51,672 nucleotides of DNA, filler included, from Streblomastix strix (GCA_008636045.1; 3 parts of 3 records of this genome joined end to end with filler, not necessarily neighbours in it), one strand, 5' to 3'. Positions 26,184-37,559 are shown, counted from the first letter of the whole stretch. Notes: generated by a model not told the origin, from the letters alone. Numbers and translations: made by a program.

Positions 26184-28442
26184 TCAGAAGAACAGAATTA
26201 AAGCTGGGATGATTAAGGCAGAAACCACCACAGCCAAAGCAGCTCTCATTGATCCAGCTGCGCATTTAGCTTTCTTATCTGAAGATGTTACACATGTCTC
26301 TGTGCAAACATCAACACATCCTTCGATTGTTGGATCATCGTTGCAGTCATATATGCATGTATCTTCGTTACTCATGAAGTTAAATCCTTTTTTGTCTGAT
26401 TCACATTCAGATGGAGAGTAATCATCCTATGTTATAGAAGAACATACACAGGCAGGTGATGGGTCATCCTCACCTGTGCAATATGCTGGACAAATACCAT
26501 CTTCTCTTGGATCACTAGCTAATAAACATGGACACCTGTCTTCTGGTACTCCTGTTAAATCTTCAATATCTGCTCCTTTTGGGCAAGTACATCCTGTTGG
26601 TGATTTGTCTGATCCACTGCATAAGCATGTATTAATTTCTACAGTAGTAGCTGTGAGTGCCGAGCATGCTGACAATCCTGGATATGCTTTATCTGCTATA
26701 CATTGCGCTTCAGAATATCCAGCATTTGATGTTTTAGTTGCACCAGTACATGTGCAAAGCTCATTTGGTACTTCAAATTCAGTGCATATTTTAGTCGCTT
26801 GACATGTTACAAAATCATATGCACCTGCAATCTCACTACAAACACAAGCTTGATTATGATAATCTTCATTACACGTGCATGCTCCTGTATCATTCGTTCC
26901 TGAGCATAGACAATCGACCTAATCAGTTGTGCAGACTTTGACAATTGGACAAGTGCCACCAATTCTTGGATCATCTACAGCTCCCTCACATGGGCACTTA
27001 TCCTTAGGAATGTCAGTTAATGATGCACCATCTCTTGGGCAAGTACATCCTGTTGGTGATTTTGCTGATCCACTGCATAAGCATGTATTTGGACTTACAC
27101 CTTCTCCACCTGTATCACCTTAGCATGCTAACAATCCTGGGTATGCTTTATCTGCTATACAATCTGATTCTTTATAAGGTCCATCTTCACCAGTTGGACA
27201 AACACAAGTTCCAGGTTCTCCAGCAGCTTTTTAGCAAATGCATTCTGAATAATCACTATCACCTGTGCATACTCTACGTGTACATCCTTCTGGAGCGAAT
27301 CCTGTTTTGCAAAAACATCCTTGAGCTGGAAGAGTACTTGAATCACAATCAGCCTTTGGTGGATGTGTAATGTCAGAAAGACATGTAGTTTAAGTATATG
27401 CTTCATCTTCATCATCCAATGGGCATGTGCAATCTGTTGGAGCAATTGGATGATTTGCAGATGTGCATCTACATCCTCCATCTGGAGTTGTGGCTCCTGC
27501 GCATAGAGGAAGTGCATAATATTCAATATATGCTTCACATGTCTCATGATCATAGACAAGATTTGATCCTTCTTCTTCATCAGCACATACACACCCAGCT
27601 GGATCATTGTATGCAACGCAAATTTCTGGTTCTGGTTCTGGTTCAGTACATCCAGGTGGTGTATTAAGACTTACACAAGGTTGACTTCCTGCATCACATA
27701 TTTCATCAGTTGGATCACAATCACATCCATCAGGAACTGGGAAATGCCCTTCAGTACAATATGTTGGTTCTTCTGCTTGTTCTTCCAAACATACAGCTGT
27801 CCAATCTTAACCTTCAGGGCAGATACATTCTGTATAATGACCCTATGTGCATGCAGGGAGTGGATGTGTTATGTCTATGTCACATTGAGTTTTTGTATAC
27901 TATCCTGAATTATCTAGGGGGCATGTGCAATCTATTGGAGCAATTGGATGGAAGTTAGTTGTGCATTAACATCCTCCTGTTGGAGTTGTAGTGGCGTCTG
28001 TGCACGCAGGAAGGTTGTCATATTCGCATAGCGCTTTGGGATAATTTCCAGTTGCTTCTGTTGAGCATACGCAACCTACTGGATCATTGTGAGCCGTGCA
28101 AACTACAGGTGGTTTGCAAATTCCATCCTTACGAGGATCAGCGGAAATATCAGCTGGGCATGGGCACGTTTCTTTTGGGGTTGTCGCACTAACTTTGCTG
28201 CATTTGGCACAATAAGGTGTGCATCCATCACCAACGCATCTGGGTTTGCATGTTGCGGAATCAGCGTTCGTTAATTTTGCGCTGTTCAGCAGGGCTAGGA
28301 CGGCGAGAACGTACAATAATTTAATTGCCCTACGAAAAAAAATAACGTTTTAAATAGTTGTTTTCTGTATAATAAAGATATATAAAAATTCGAACCCCAA
28401 AAATGAGGAAAGTTATGAAAATATATTGATCGTCTTTGGCAT
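26184..28442 (-). CDS. cysteine-rich surface protein, about 730 aa, N-terminal hydrophobic signal and C-terminal GPI-type signal
   Basis: Four supplied ORFs (27966-28316, 27390-27788, 26427-26675, 26184-26375) are one open frame once TAR = Gln. In-frame ATG at 28442 with a likely 66-nt GT-AG intron gives MPKTINIFSQLSSFLGAIKLLYVLAVLALLNSA; dense CxC motifs; ends CAAGSMRAALAVVVSALIIPALILFF* with no cytosolic tail. Confidence 0.85.
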
Positions 28443-28952
28443 GACTCGTCAAAGTATTTGCGCAATATTCCATTAAAAATTTAAGTTTTAATTGATCATT
28501 TTCAAGTGAATAAGACTTAAATATAGTTGCGGATCTTGTATGTTTCGGCTGAACATTGGTTTTATTTAATTTGGCTTGTTTCTCCACAACCGCTGCTTCT
28601 CCCCAACTATCACTCTCTCCATATCCTTCCACAATTATTCACCCACCTTCCTATCGGTGTGCCACATACATGGTTAACAAAATCGAGGTTCGAGTCAATT
28701 TCGAGTTTTTGAAGCTCGCCGCACGTTTTGAACGGCGCCGAATCTGGCGCTTTTTATGTTCTATGGGCCAGATCATGGAAATAAAATTTCAAATTTCAAA
28801 ATGCTTTTATTCTATATTTTACTGTATATTTTACATTTATAAATATTTTAAATTTCATTAATGCACTTTACGTCCAATTTTAAAAATCAGAAAAATAAAT
28901 TATTTTTTGTCAAAATAAAATATTATAAAAAGTCAATCATGTTATATAGAAT

Positions 28953-29735
28953 TCATTCTTTTATTATATAACTGATAATAATTGTAGATTGATTAGGTAA
29001 AACAATAAGTATTTCAGTGATAAGCATTACTGCACCAAAGAAAATAGTGATGAACATTTCACTAATCTTCAAATCAAGTTATTGTTATTGATTGATGATT
29101 GCTTGTGAAGGAGGAGTTAATGAGATCTCTGAACCTGGTAATATGTCAATATTGGATGAAATATACTATTAATTGTTATTATCGATTTGAATCTGAGATT
29201 GACTTTCATTTGTCAATAATTAAAAATTCATTGATGTTCGAGTAAGAAATTGTTTATATGAATCTGAATAAGAATATTGTAATAATGAGTCAGAAAGTGA
29301 ATTAAATGTGGATTCTTCAACGAATGAGCGTTCATTTGGAATTGGGATAGGAATATTCACAAATTAGTTTTATAATATCGCATAGAAAATAATAACAACA
29401 ATCATTGGATATTGATATAAAATGATATTCGCAACTCTTTGAATATAAAATATGGAATCATTGCTATTGAAATATCGATTTTATTTCATTGAATGTGATT
29501 ATTTCTTAATATATTTGCTTCTTCAGTTATTCGAATTATTTCTAATATTACTATTATAATTGGATTGAATATCTTCTTCAATTTCATTCATTTATATCTC
29601 ACAATTAATATCTTTATTTTAATCATCATCAGTTTCATTATTATTATTATCATCGATTTAAAACAATTTCCTAACTTTATTCACAATCAGTGCCAGTTAA
29701 AGGAACACTGAAATATTATAAAGCATAATTCCAAC
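28953..29735 (-). pseudogene. orphan last exon of a multi-pass membrane protein
   Basis: After an AG acceptor: VGIMLYNISVFLQLALIV..., IILYQYPMIVVIIFYAIL..., MFITIFFGAVMLITEILIVL...KE*; one internal TGA; upstream exons are replaced by the PolB segment. Confidence 0.45.
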
Positions 29736-29789
29736 CTATATATCAGATATTAATTGTATGAAGAAAAAGAATAGGAAAAATAATTAATT

Positions 29790-31056
29790 AATTTAAATGC
29801 TAATGAAGATTTAAAATAAACTATATCTAGAGTAATTAATAGGAAAAAGAGATTTACATAAGAAGGAATATTATTCATTGCGGAAGTCAAAGGTAACATT
29901 GATAGTGATTACATTAACGATTTCATTAACTTCCCACCTATTCTAAGGAATTATGATTTCATAACTGTTGAAGGAACTATTGGATCTTATATATTTAATC
30001 ATATAAAAGAAAATAATGTTACCACAGATCAAAAATAACGAAAGTTAACTAATTTTTCATCAACTATGGGAGTATATATGGCATTTAGTTCTTACTTTTT
30101 ATAATTCTTAATTGATGATTGCCATTTTATTATAGATGATGTGAAATAGATAATTTTATTCAATAAACATGATTAATTTAATTCATTTATTAAAGATTTT
30201 ATTAAAAACAGAATTGAAGCAAAATTAGATAAAAATAAAGGATAGTAATAATTCTTCAAGATAATAATTAATAGTTTTTATGGAAGTGATGGAATGAATA
30301 CAATGAAACATCATAAAGTTAAAAAATAATGAATAAAAAATAAACAGAAAGGGCAGTTAGATCTTATGCATTCATGGACGAACAAAAGATATCTGAAGAT
30401 ATTTATATTGTTTAAATGAATCCGGAACACTGTAGCTGTAAAACACCTTTATAAGTAGCATTTTTTGTATTAGGTAATGCTAAATATTGGTATCTAAACT
30501 TCGAATATAATTTCATGTATAAATGTTTAGATTGAATAAGATATATTTTATTGAAAAAGATACTGATTCAGCTTATTGGACAATTAGCGGAAATCCTAAT
30601 GAAGATTTTACTTAATAGTTTAATGCTGTTATTAAAAATCCTGATTTCTACTATGAAAATGTTAAATATTTCTATTCAACTGTCAAGGGTGATGTTTATG
30701 ATGAGAAGAAAATCCTTGGATTAATAATCGAACGACAAGGAACTGCAATGGCGGCTCTTGCTCCAAAAAATTACATGATAGAAACAAACTATTGTGCAAA
30801 CTCAAAAATTAATTTAAAAGAAGTTAATTAGAAAACTAACAAAATCACTAAAGACGTGTTAGTCAGTAGCATTGATGAAGGTAAGATAACGAAATGCACT
30901 AATATGAGATTGGGATAGAAGAATCATTAAATGAGTTAATTATCAATTTAGAAAAATGGAATCATAGGAATTGGCACAAAAATGATAGAGCTAGAGAACT
31001 GGAGTTGTTGCCCATATATGTATGGGTTAACTGCTAAAGATTATTCATTTGATTGA
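29790..31056 (+). pseudogene. protein-primed type B DNA polymerase, C-terminal half, frameshifted
   Basis: Motif B FFKIIINSFYGSDGMN (K at 30258), motif C IYFIEKDTDSAYW (30559-30570), EKKILGLIIE, ALAPKNY, ...CCPYMYGLTAKDYSFD*. Frameshifts near 30328 and 30532; motif A and exonuclease missing. Confidence 0.88.
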
Positions 31057-31106
31057 TAATTTCATTTATAACCGTAAGTTCTGACAACTTAGCTCAGGCG
31101 AAGCCA

Positions 31107-32139
31107 TCAATCTTTGCTTTGTTTTTTTTGAGAATCTCAAAATTTCCCTAACCACTTATTCAATATAGTAAACTCATATTTCTTTAATGTATTGTATAGT
31201 AATTGGAACTCACCAAAATTTAAATTTTACATAGTATTTTCATCGTAAACTTATCTTACATCACTTTCTCCAAGATTAACTCCTAAGCAAATTATATGAG
31301 TTAATATCCTCGTTGTCTTGAACAAATATGTAAGTCGTTAAGCTTTAAAGAAAATAGTATTTTTTGAATGACGAGAATAACTAACGAGATGTGTTATTGT
31401 TTTAGATAATTATGAATTAAAACGTTAGATATCTGCATTTGATCCAATTTCATCAAAGAGCATTAATGTGTTGAGTAATTAAGCTTTTTCTTATATAGGT
31501 ATTTTCATTATTTTTATTATCGGCTTTATTGTCATCCTCAGTGATTTTGTATTTCTTTTAGTAGCTAATGTTTTGAATTAATGCAGGGATATCGAATCTC
31601 AATATTTTGGTTGGTTAGCTATATGTATTAATGATTTCAATTACTTTTTATTTAAATAGTTCATCAATTCTATTAAGATAATCATTAGGTTTTTCACTCT
31701 TTTTAATCTCACTATTTTATAATATCAATTCTTCCATTCGCTTAATGAAATCACTAGTATACGATTATTTTTACTCATTCATTTTGTACTAAATGTACAT
31801 CTCCTTAGTTGAATATTTTATCTCATCAAATTCAGGTATAAATATCTTTGCTTCTCTATAATTTACATTCGTTAATTATATATTTTTACTATTAAGGTTT
31901 AATGCCATAGTTTCATCCGCACCATAATTCGAGAAGTATAATATGAATGAATCGATTACTTTCTTATACATCACAATTAGCTTACATATTAATGTAGTTT
32001 TATAACTTCCAACAGCTCCAACAATATATTGATTTCCATTAATAACGAACAATGAATTCTTCGTTAATGGCTATGTTATAAATTTGTTCAATAAATCTTA
32101 GTTCATAAATGTTATATTTTATAATTCTTGTAATGACAT
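31107..32139 (-). pseudogene. A32/FtsK-HerA-like viral DNA packaging ATPase, frameshifted
   Basis: ATG 32139; Walker A YIVGAVGSYKTT (31996-32019, one Gly lost), Walker B LMLFDE (31449-31466), then YSRHSKNTIFFKAQR (RH arginine motif plus sensor Gln encoded by TAA) and TRILTHIICL. Confidence 0.8.
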
Positions 32140-32357
32140 TTTAAAAATAATTAATGAATAAATTAAGTTTGATCGTTGAATAAATAAATTATCTATTCTA
32201 TGGAGTTAACTTTTTTGCATCAATCATATCAGTATCCATACCTAATAAATTGATGGATTCAGTTAATGTAGTAAAAACATTATGGAGTTATTTCGATATA
32301 GTGTTGGTCCCATTAAATATAACGATTTACATTATATAATTCTTTTATAAAAGAAAA

Positions 32358-32811
32358 ATGTGCAAAAATTAGCCTCGCATTCACTGGTCGTAATTATCAG
32401 TAGAATAAATCGAAACATTTCTGAACGAAGTAATATCAAATAAAGACATTGAATTAGCTACTCACCGGAGTTATGTCCTTAATCTTAAAATGTAAAATTA
32501 TCTTAATAAAATTAATGTTTGAAATTAATGAAATGGAATAATTGTACTAGTTGGCTGCAAGCATTGGTGACAAGTATGATGTATCTGATTATGAGATATT
32601 CAAAATATTTTAAGCGCTAATCGAGATAAAAGATTTGGATTAATAGGAAAAATAATTGTATGAATAATTTAAATAACATTATATTTTCATTGAACCAATT
32701 TAAGATAAAATTGAAGAGATAATCAGATACGTATAATATATCAACAATCTTATTATTTTATATTAAGTTGATCCTCATTAATGGGGGTTTTCTGAAGGAA
32801 ATAGTTTTTGA
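32358..32811 (+). pseudogene. small hypothetical intronless ORF within the Polinton-like segment, one frameshift
   Basis: MCKNQPRIHWSQLSVEQIETFLNEVISNKDIELATH.../MFEINEMEQLYQLAASIGDKYDVSDYEIFKIFQAL...PHQWGFSEGNSF*. Confidence 0.4.
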
Positions 32812-33070
32812 CAAAGTTACTTTATTATTCATCATTCACAAATTAATTATAAATTTATTTTTCTTCTTCGCTAGCTTCTGAGATAATGTACTTCTTTATT
32901 TGTTATGGTTAATTGTTTAGATCTAATTACTTTTTAATTAATAGGTATTTATTTTTGAAGTATTTACAGGGTGGTGAAAAATATGTAAATTTACATTTTC
33001 TAAAAGTAGATATATATTTATATAAAATAATATGTATATATGAAATATACGTTTTGTGTACTACATTTTA

Positions 33071-33406
33071 TATAAGTAGTTAATGAAAAAGACCCATGCC
33101 CTCACATTGATAAACACGATGATTTGCCCGCATCAGAAATATCTAGTAATATTGCGAATTGCTGACATATGAAAAACGAATGAATTATCCAGAACCGAAA
33201 ATCTAGGAATAAATTGACATTAATAAAGAAATACGTATAAAATAATAAACTATAACATTTATGAATATCATTAGTAATGAAAAATAATTGATATGATTTA
33301 TGAAATACGCTAATAAAATAAATAATTAATATGATTTCCGAACCTCACAAACGAATAGAATTTAGGCAATGTTTCGGGTATGGGTCTTTTTCATTAACTA
33401 CTTATA
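33071..33406. mobile_element. 336-bp MITE, Tc1/mariner-type TA ends
   Basis: 27-bp perfect inverted repeat TATAAGTAGTTAATGAAAAAGACCCAT (33071-33097) / ATGGGTCTTTTTCATTAACTACTTATA (33380-33406), extending imperfectly to about 44 bp; outer TA at both ends. Confidence 0.85.
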
Positions 33407-33869
33407 GCCAAAATCAATGATTTGACCGATGCGTACTAACATATATTGGCTATTTGAATATGTCCGATTAAGTTTTCATTGATGAAATTGGGATAATGAA
33501 AAGGAGTAGTTGGTCGATGAATGAAACACATTATTTGATGAAATTGATGGTGATGAGCAGTTCTAGAATTCATTATAATGGTTGTTTTTGGAATCTACGA
33601 GTATGATATGACCTTAGGATAGCATACCAAAGTAATATGAAAAATTAAGCCTTTAATCAGAATTTTGACCTATTATAAATATATTTTATTTTTATTACAT
33701 AGACTGAAAAAATCATAGAAAAATTGAAGTTTTTAGAATGACTGGAGAATCGATGAACTAGTCAATGTTGATACGCTGATCACAAATATAATGTTTAAAA
33801 TGAATGGATGGACTATTGATTCGGTCCAATTAAGCGGAACAATTCGATTGATTAATGGAGCGGATAAAT

Positions 33870-34270
33870 GATATGAATTGTCCATGTGTCCTGAGTGTCC
33901 TGAGTGTCCTGAGTCACAAGCTGAACCGATCTGAGATCTGCCATTAACCATAATGCCATAAATTTGAATTGTGGAGAAATGATGTGAATTGTCAACCTGC
34001 ACGAGGACTATTTTAAGATAATTTTTGAATTAGTATTCAGACATGGAGATATACATTAATTTGTCCATCTGCACGGGGTACACTACCTGCACGGGGTAAG
34101 TTGGTAAACTGTTTTGAGATCTGCCATAAGCCATTAATGCCATAAATTTGAATTGTGGAGAAATCGATTGAATTACCTTAAATGAAAAACAAGACAGATA
34201 AGACAAGACAAGACGAGACAGAAAAATATAAGACGTCTAAAGTTGATGGACAGTTGGACAGTTGGACAGA
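33870..34270. repeat. complex non-coding repeat tract
   Basis: (gtgtcctga)x3 at 33886-33914; about 49-bp direct repeat at 33932-33980 and 34115-34164; ctgcacg motif x3; agaca-rich run near 34190-34220; (ggacagtt)x2-3 near 34248-34269. Confidence 0.8.
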
Positions 34271-34417
34271 TGAATCAAAAATAAAAATTGTTTTTCTCAA
34301 ACTATTTCAATATTTTATCTTTCAGGAAAATGGCATAACTGGCAAACAACACTGAAGACAGTAAACTCATTGAATCAATCTTGATCGAATCAACTGAAAA
34401 GAATATTAAATGTATGA

Positions 34418-34517
34418 NNNNNNNNNNNNNNNNNNNNNNNNNNNNNNNNNNNNNNNNNNNNTTAATTAATTAANNNNNNNNNNNNNNNNNNNNNNNNNNN
34501 NNNNNNNNNNNNNNNNN
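34418..34517. other. artificial contig-join spacer
   Basis: 44 N + TTAATTAATTAA + 44 N. Confidence 0.97.
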
Positions 34518-35174
34518 ATCATTCCAAGTTCAGCGCATTGTGGCTGCCGCACCTCCTTCTGGAGTTTTTAGATCATGATGCTTAAGCTCACTCAATAAAC
34601 TGCAGAAACAAGCGACGAAATTGGGTCTGATTAGAGAATCTTAAGCTCCCAGACCTTCATCCAGATCAAATTTCAAAAGCAATAACAGGAGGAAATTTAA
34701 ACGAGGCTGCCACTCGAACTTCGTGTCAAGAGGCTAGCCTTCAATGCTGTGGTTTTAAAAATGAATATCACATATATTACCCCACCTCAATTTGAACAAT
34801 CTAATAAACAGATAAGAACAAACCTTTCAATTTCAGAATAATTTTAAAATAATAAGAGAATAATAGGACAAAGGATTTATAACTCATTTAAAAAACCGCT
34901 AATCTTGATTAGAAGTCTAGCTTCCATAGAATCAAGCATTCACTATCAATTAACATCATAACTTATACAAGGTGACGGATAAGTAAACCAGTACTATTTA
35001 AGATCATAAACTAGTCAACATACTCACTCTGATAATATCAATTAAGACTGAGTGAAGAAAGATTAATCACTAATACCGTGTATAAGAATATCTTCTTAAC
35101 CTCAATACTCTTAGAGTGCAAATAACAGATTTCATAAAAATCAAAATCATGATTCCAATTATTCAATTTCATCT

Positions 35175-35417
35175 AAGTTCCAGCGCCGCAGAAGCGTGAG
35201 CTGCGGAACATCAACATCTCATCATTTCAGCAATTCTGATAAAAATAAATAGCATTCTAAATTTCAGTGCCGCAGGAGCGTGAATAGCGGAGTTCCATAT
35301 AAACATCTAAATCATCATACAATCAATTCGAATTCATTTAAGTTCCAGTGCCGCAGAAACGTGAGCAGCGGAACATCAACATCACATCATATCAGCAATT
35401 CTGATAGATATAAACCA
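35175..35417 (+). repeat. three degenerate repeats in the gag-side frame
   Basis: aagttccagcgccgcagaagcgtgagctgcggaac-like units at 35175, 35259 and 35340; spacings 84 and 81 bp keep frame (KFQ(R/C)RRxVxxG). Confidence 0.8.
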
Positions 35418-37235
35418 TATCCTGAAATCCAACACTACCAATGCAGATGCAGCGATTCAGTATCAATTGATCGAGATTTTTAATCAAATATTTCAAACAA
35501 AAAGTTGGAATCAACTTCTACAAACTACCACACAATTAAGAAAAACCGACATCTGCGCCATTAGTTGGGTAATAGTCAATCACCAACAAAATTGATGATG
35601 ACATTAACAATCATTTTTTTTGATGGAAACGTGAGATCAAGATTAGTTCTGTTCAAAGACGCTTGGCAAGAAGTTAATGCACCAACGGATAGAATGCTTT
35701 TAGGCATTTCCGCAAGATGGACTGTTCCAGTACAAAAGGTTGCTTCTCTTCTCAAAAATAATCCGATAACTCCATAAAGTAAAGGACTTCGTCAATCGTT
35801 GCAAGAAGGCCTTAAAGAAAACATTATCAAGATAACTAATCCTAAAGAGATGTTTCACTTCAATAGGGTATTTACAGTTCCTAGGAAAGACGGCTCGTTA
35901 AGAAGATAGATAGATTGCAGAAAGGCAAATAACTTAACATAGCTAATTCATTTCAAGAAGGACCACTTATGTAGAATACTAGAATCGGTATACTCAGGAG
36001 ATTGGTTCATATCCCTCGACATTTACGCAGCTTATTCTCATATTAAAGCGGATCAATCGCTTCAACCATTCCTAGCCATCTCAGTTAATAATAATGTCTA
36101 CACTCACACTGTAATGCCTTTTGGTCTTTCTAGAGCCCCTTATATCTTCACAAAAATTCCTTACGACTGTATCTATCCACTTCAAGATTAATAAAGAATT
36201 AAGATATTCGCCTACACCGATGACATCCTGAAAATAAGTAAAAGTTATGCAGAAGCAGAATCTCAAGTTAATAGAGTGGCAAATCAACTCACAAAACTAG
36301 GTTTTCTTCTAGCAGAAAAGAAATGCATAAATATCCCTACTTAAACAATTACCTTCTTAAGACGGCAAATTTCAACATAAAAACAAATTTCAATCGAAAT
36401 GACAACAATAAAGTAAGAATGGATGATAAAAATGTTTACCAAATGGACTCGGTCTTCTTAGGTAAATAGGCTTGTGAAAACTCGAGCTCTAGCGAAATTA
36501 ATCGGTCATAAGAATTTTCTTCGATCACGGATGACTCTAGGAGCATTTCACTTACATAGATTGGATCGAACAAAGAATAAGGCAGTATCTCGAGCAGGAT
36601 GGAATTCTTGACTTAGAACAACTCCATCATTGCTAAAAGATCTTCTTTGGTGGCATAATTTGATATCTCTAAATATAAAGAAAGTTTATTAAGACATAAC
36701 CCCGTAAGCCAAACTCACCACAAACGCATCAAAAATACGTTGGGGGGCAACAATAGACTTCTAAACAATACAATATAAAGCCGGGGCAAACTAGAAAAAC
36801 CCATAAACTCTTCAATCATCAAATTAAAGAGAAACATGCGCAATCCATTGAGCCTTTCGTTGTTTTCTCCCATTCCTTAGACAATAGAAGATTAAAAGTC
36901 TCCAAATCGCCTCAGACAATACAATGGCATTATCTAACATTTCCAGGAGAAATGTTGCTCCAGCTTTATCAACTCTGATTAGAAGAATCTTGGAAATATC
37001 AGAAGTTACTAAGATTTAAATTCACCCGATCTACATACCAGAACTTCAAAATCAAATAGCGGACTCATTGGGTCGCTTAGAATAAGTAGGTGATTACCAA
37101 CTCAATGACAAAGCATAGCAATTTCTTCATCTGAACTTTCAAGAGTTTCTAAAGATAGATACATTCTCGACTAGTAGAAATCGCATTCTTCCGCAATTTT
37201 TCACTCCAACATTCAATTAGGAAAATAGGACATAC

Positions 37236-37335
37236 NNNNNNNNNNNNNNNNNNNNNNNNNNNNNNNNNNNNNNNNNNNNNNNNNNNNNNNNNNNNNNNNN
37301 NNNNNNNNNNNNNNNNNNNNNNNNNNNNNNNNNNN
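37236..37335. other. 100-N scaffold gap with duplicated flanks
   Basis: 37109-37235 is repeated exactly at 37336-37462, indicating an unmerged contig overlap. Confidence 0.92.
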
Positions 37336-37559
37336 CAAAGCATAGCAATTTCTTCATCTGAACTTTCAAGAGTTTCTAAAGATAGATACATTCTCGACTA
37401 GTAGAAATCGCATTCTTCCGCAATTTTTCACTCCAACATTCAATTAGGAAAATAGGACATACCTTCATTGGCACCACCTTAAACGGATTACTTACTAGAT
37501 GAAAAACTCAGCAGGAGACACTGCGAATGCAGATTGGATGTCTAAACTGCTTATTATAC

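Larger units (their letters stand above)
29790..34417. mobile_element. decayed Polinton/Maverick-like endogenous viral element segment
   Basis: Densely packed intronless ORFs: family B DNA polymerase convergent with an A32/FtsK-like ATPase, small hypothetical ORFs and a repeat-rich non-coding tract. Right boundary uncertain; no integrase or capsid recognised. Confidence 0.75.
34518..37500 (+). mobile_element. decayed DIRS-type (tyrosine-recombinase class) retrotransposon: gag-side ORF, RT, RNase H, start of MT-like domain
   Basis: VRSRLVLFKDAW, FTVPRKDGSLRRQIDCRKAN, IHFK, ISLDIYAAYSHI, MPFGLSRAPYIFTK, FAYTDDIL (36213), LGFLLAEKK, DLLWW, LTTNASKIRWGA, SSNQRETCAI, ASDNTMA, YIPELQNQIADSLGR, then IDTFSTSRNRILPQF. 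Frameshift near 36160 and TGA stops; recombinase not seen. Confidence 0.9.

Noticed and set aside
11349..36860. In-frame TGA as a reassigned or selenocysteine codon
   Set aside because: Internal TGAs occur only in sequences that also carry other lesions or are mobile-element relics, sit at positions expecting different residues, and intact genes use TGA as terminator.
37109..37462. 127-bp direct repeat as a DIRS terminal or split repeat
   Set aside because: Exact duplicate on both sides of a 100-N gap inside coding sequence; unmerged assembly overlap.
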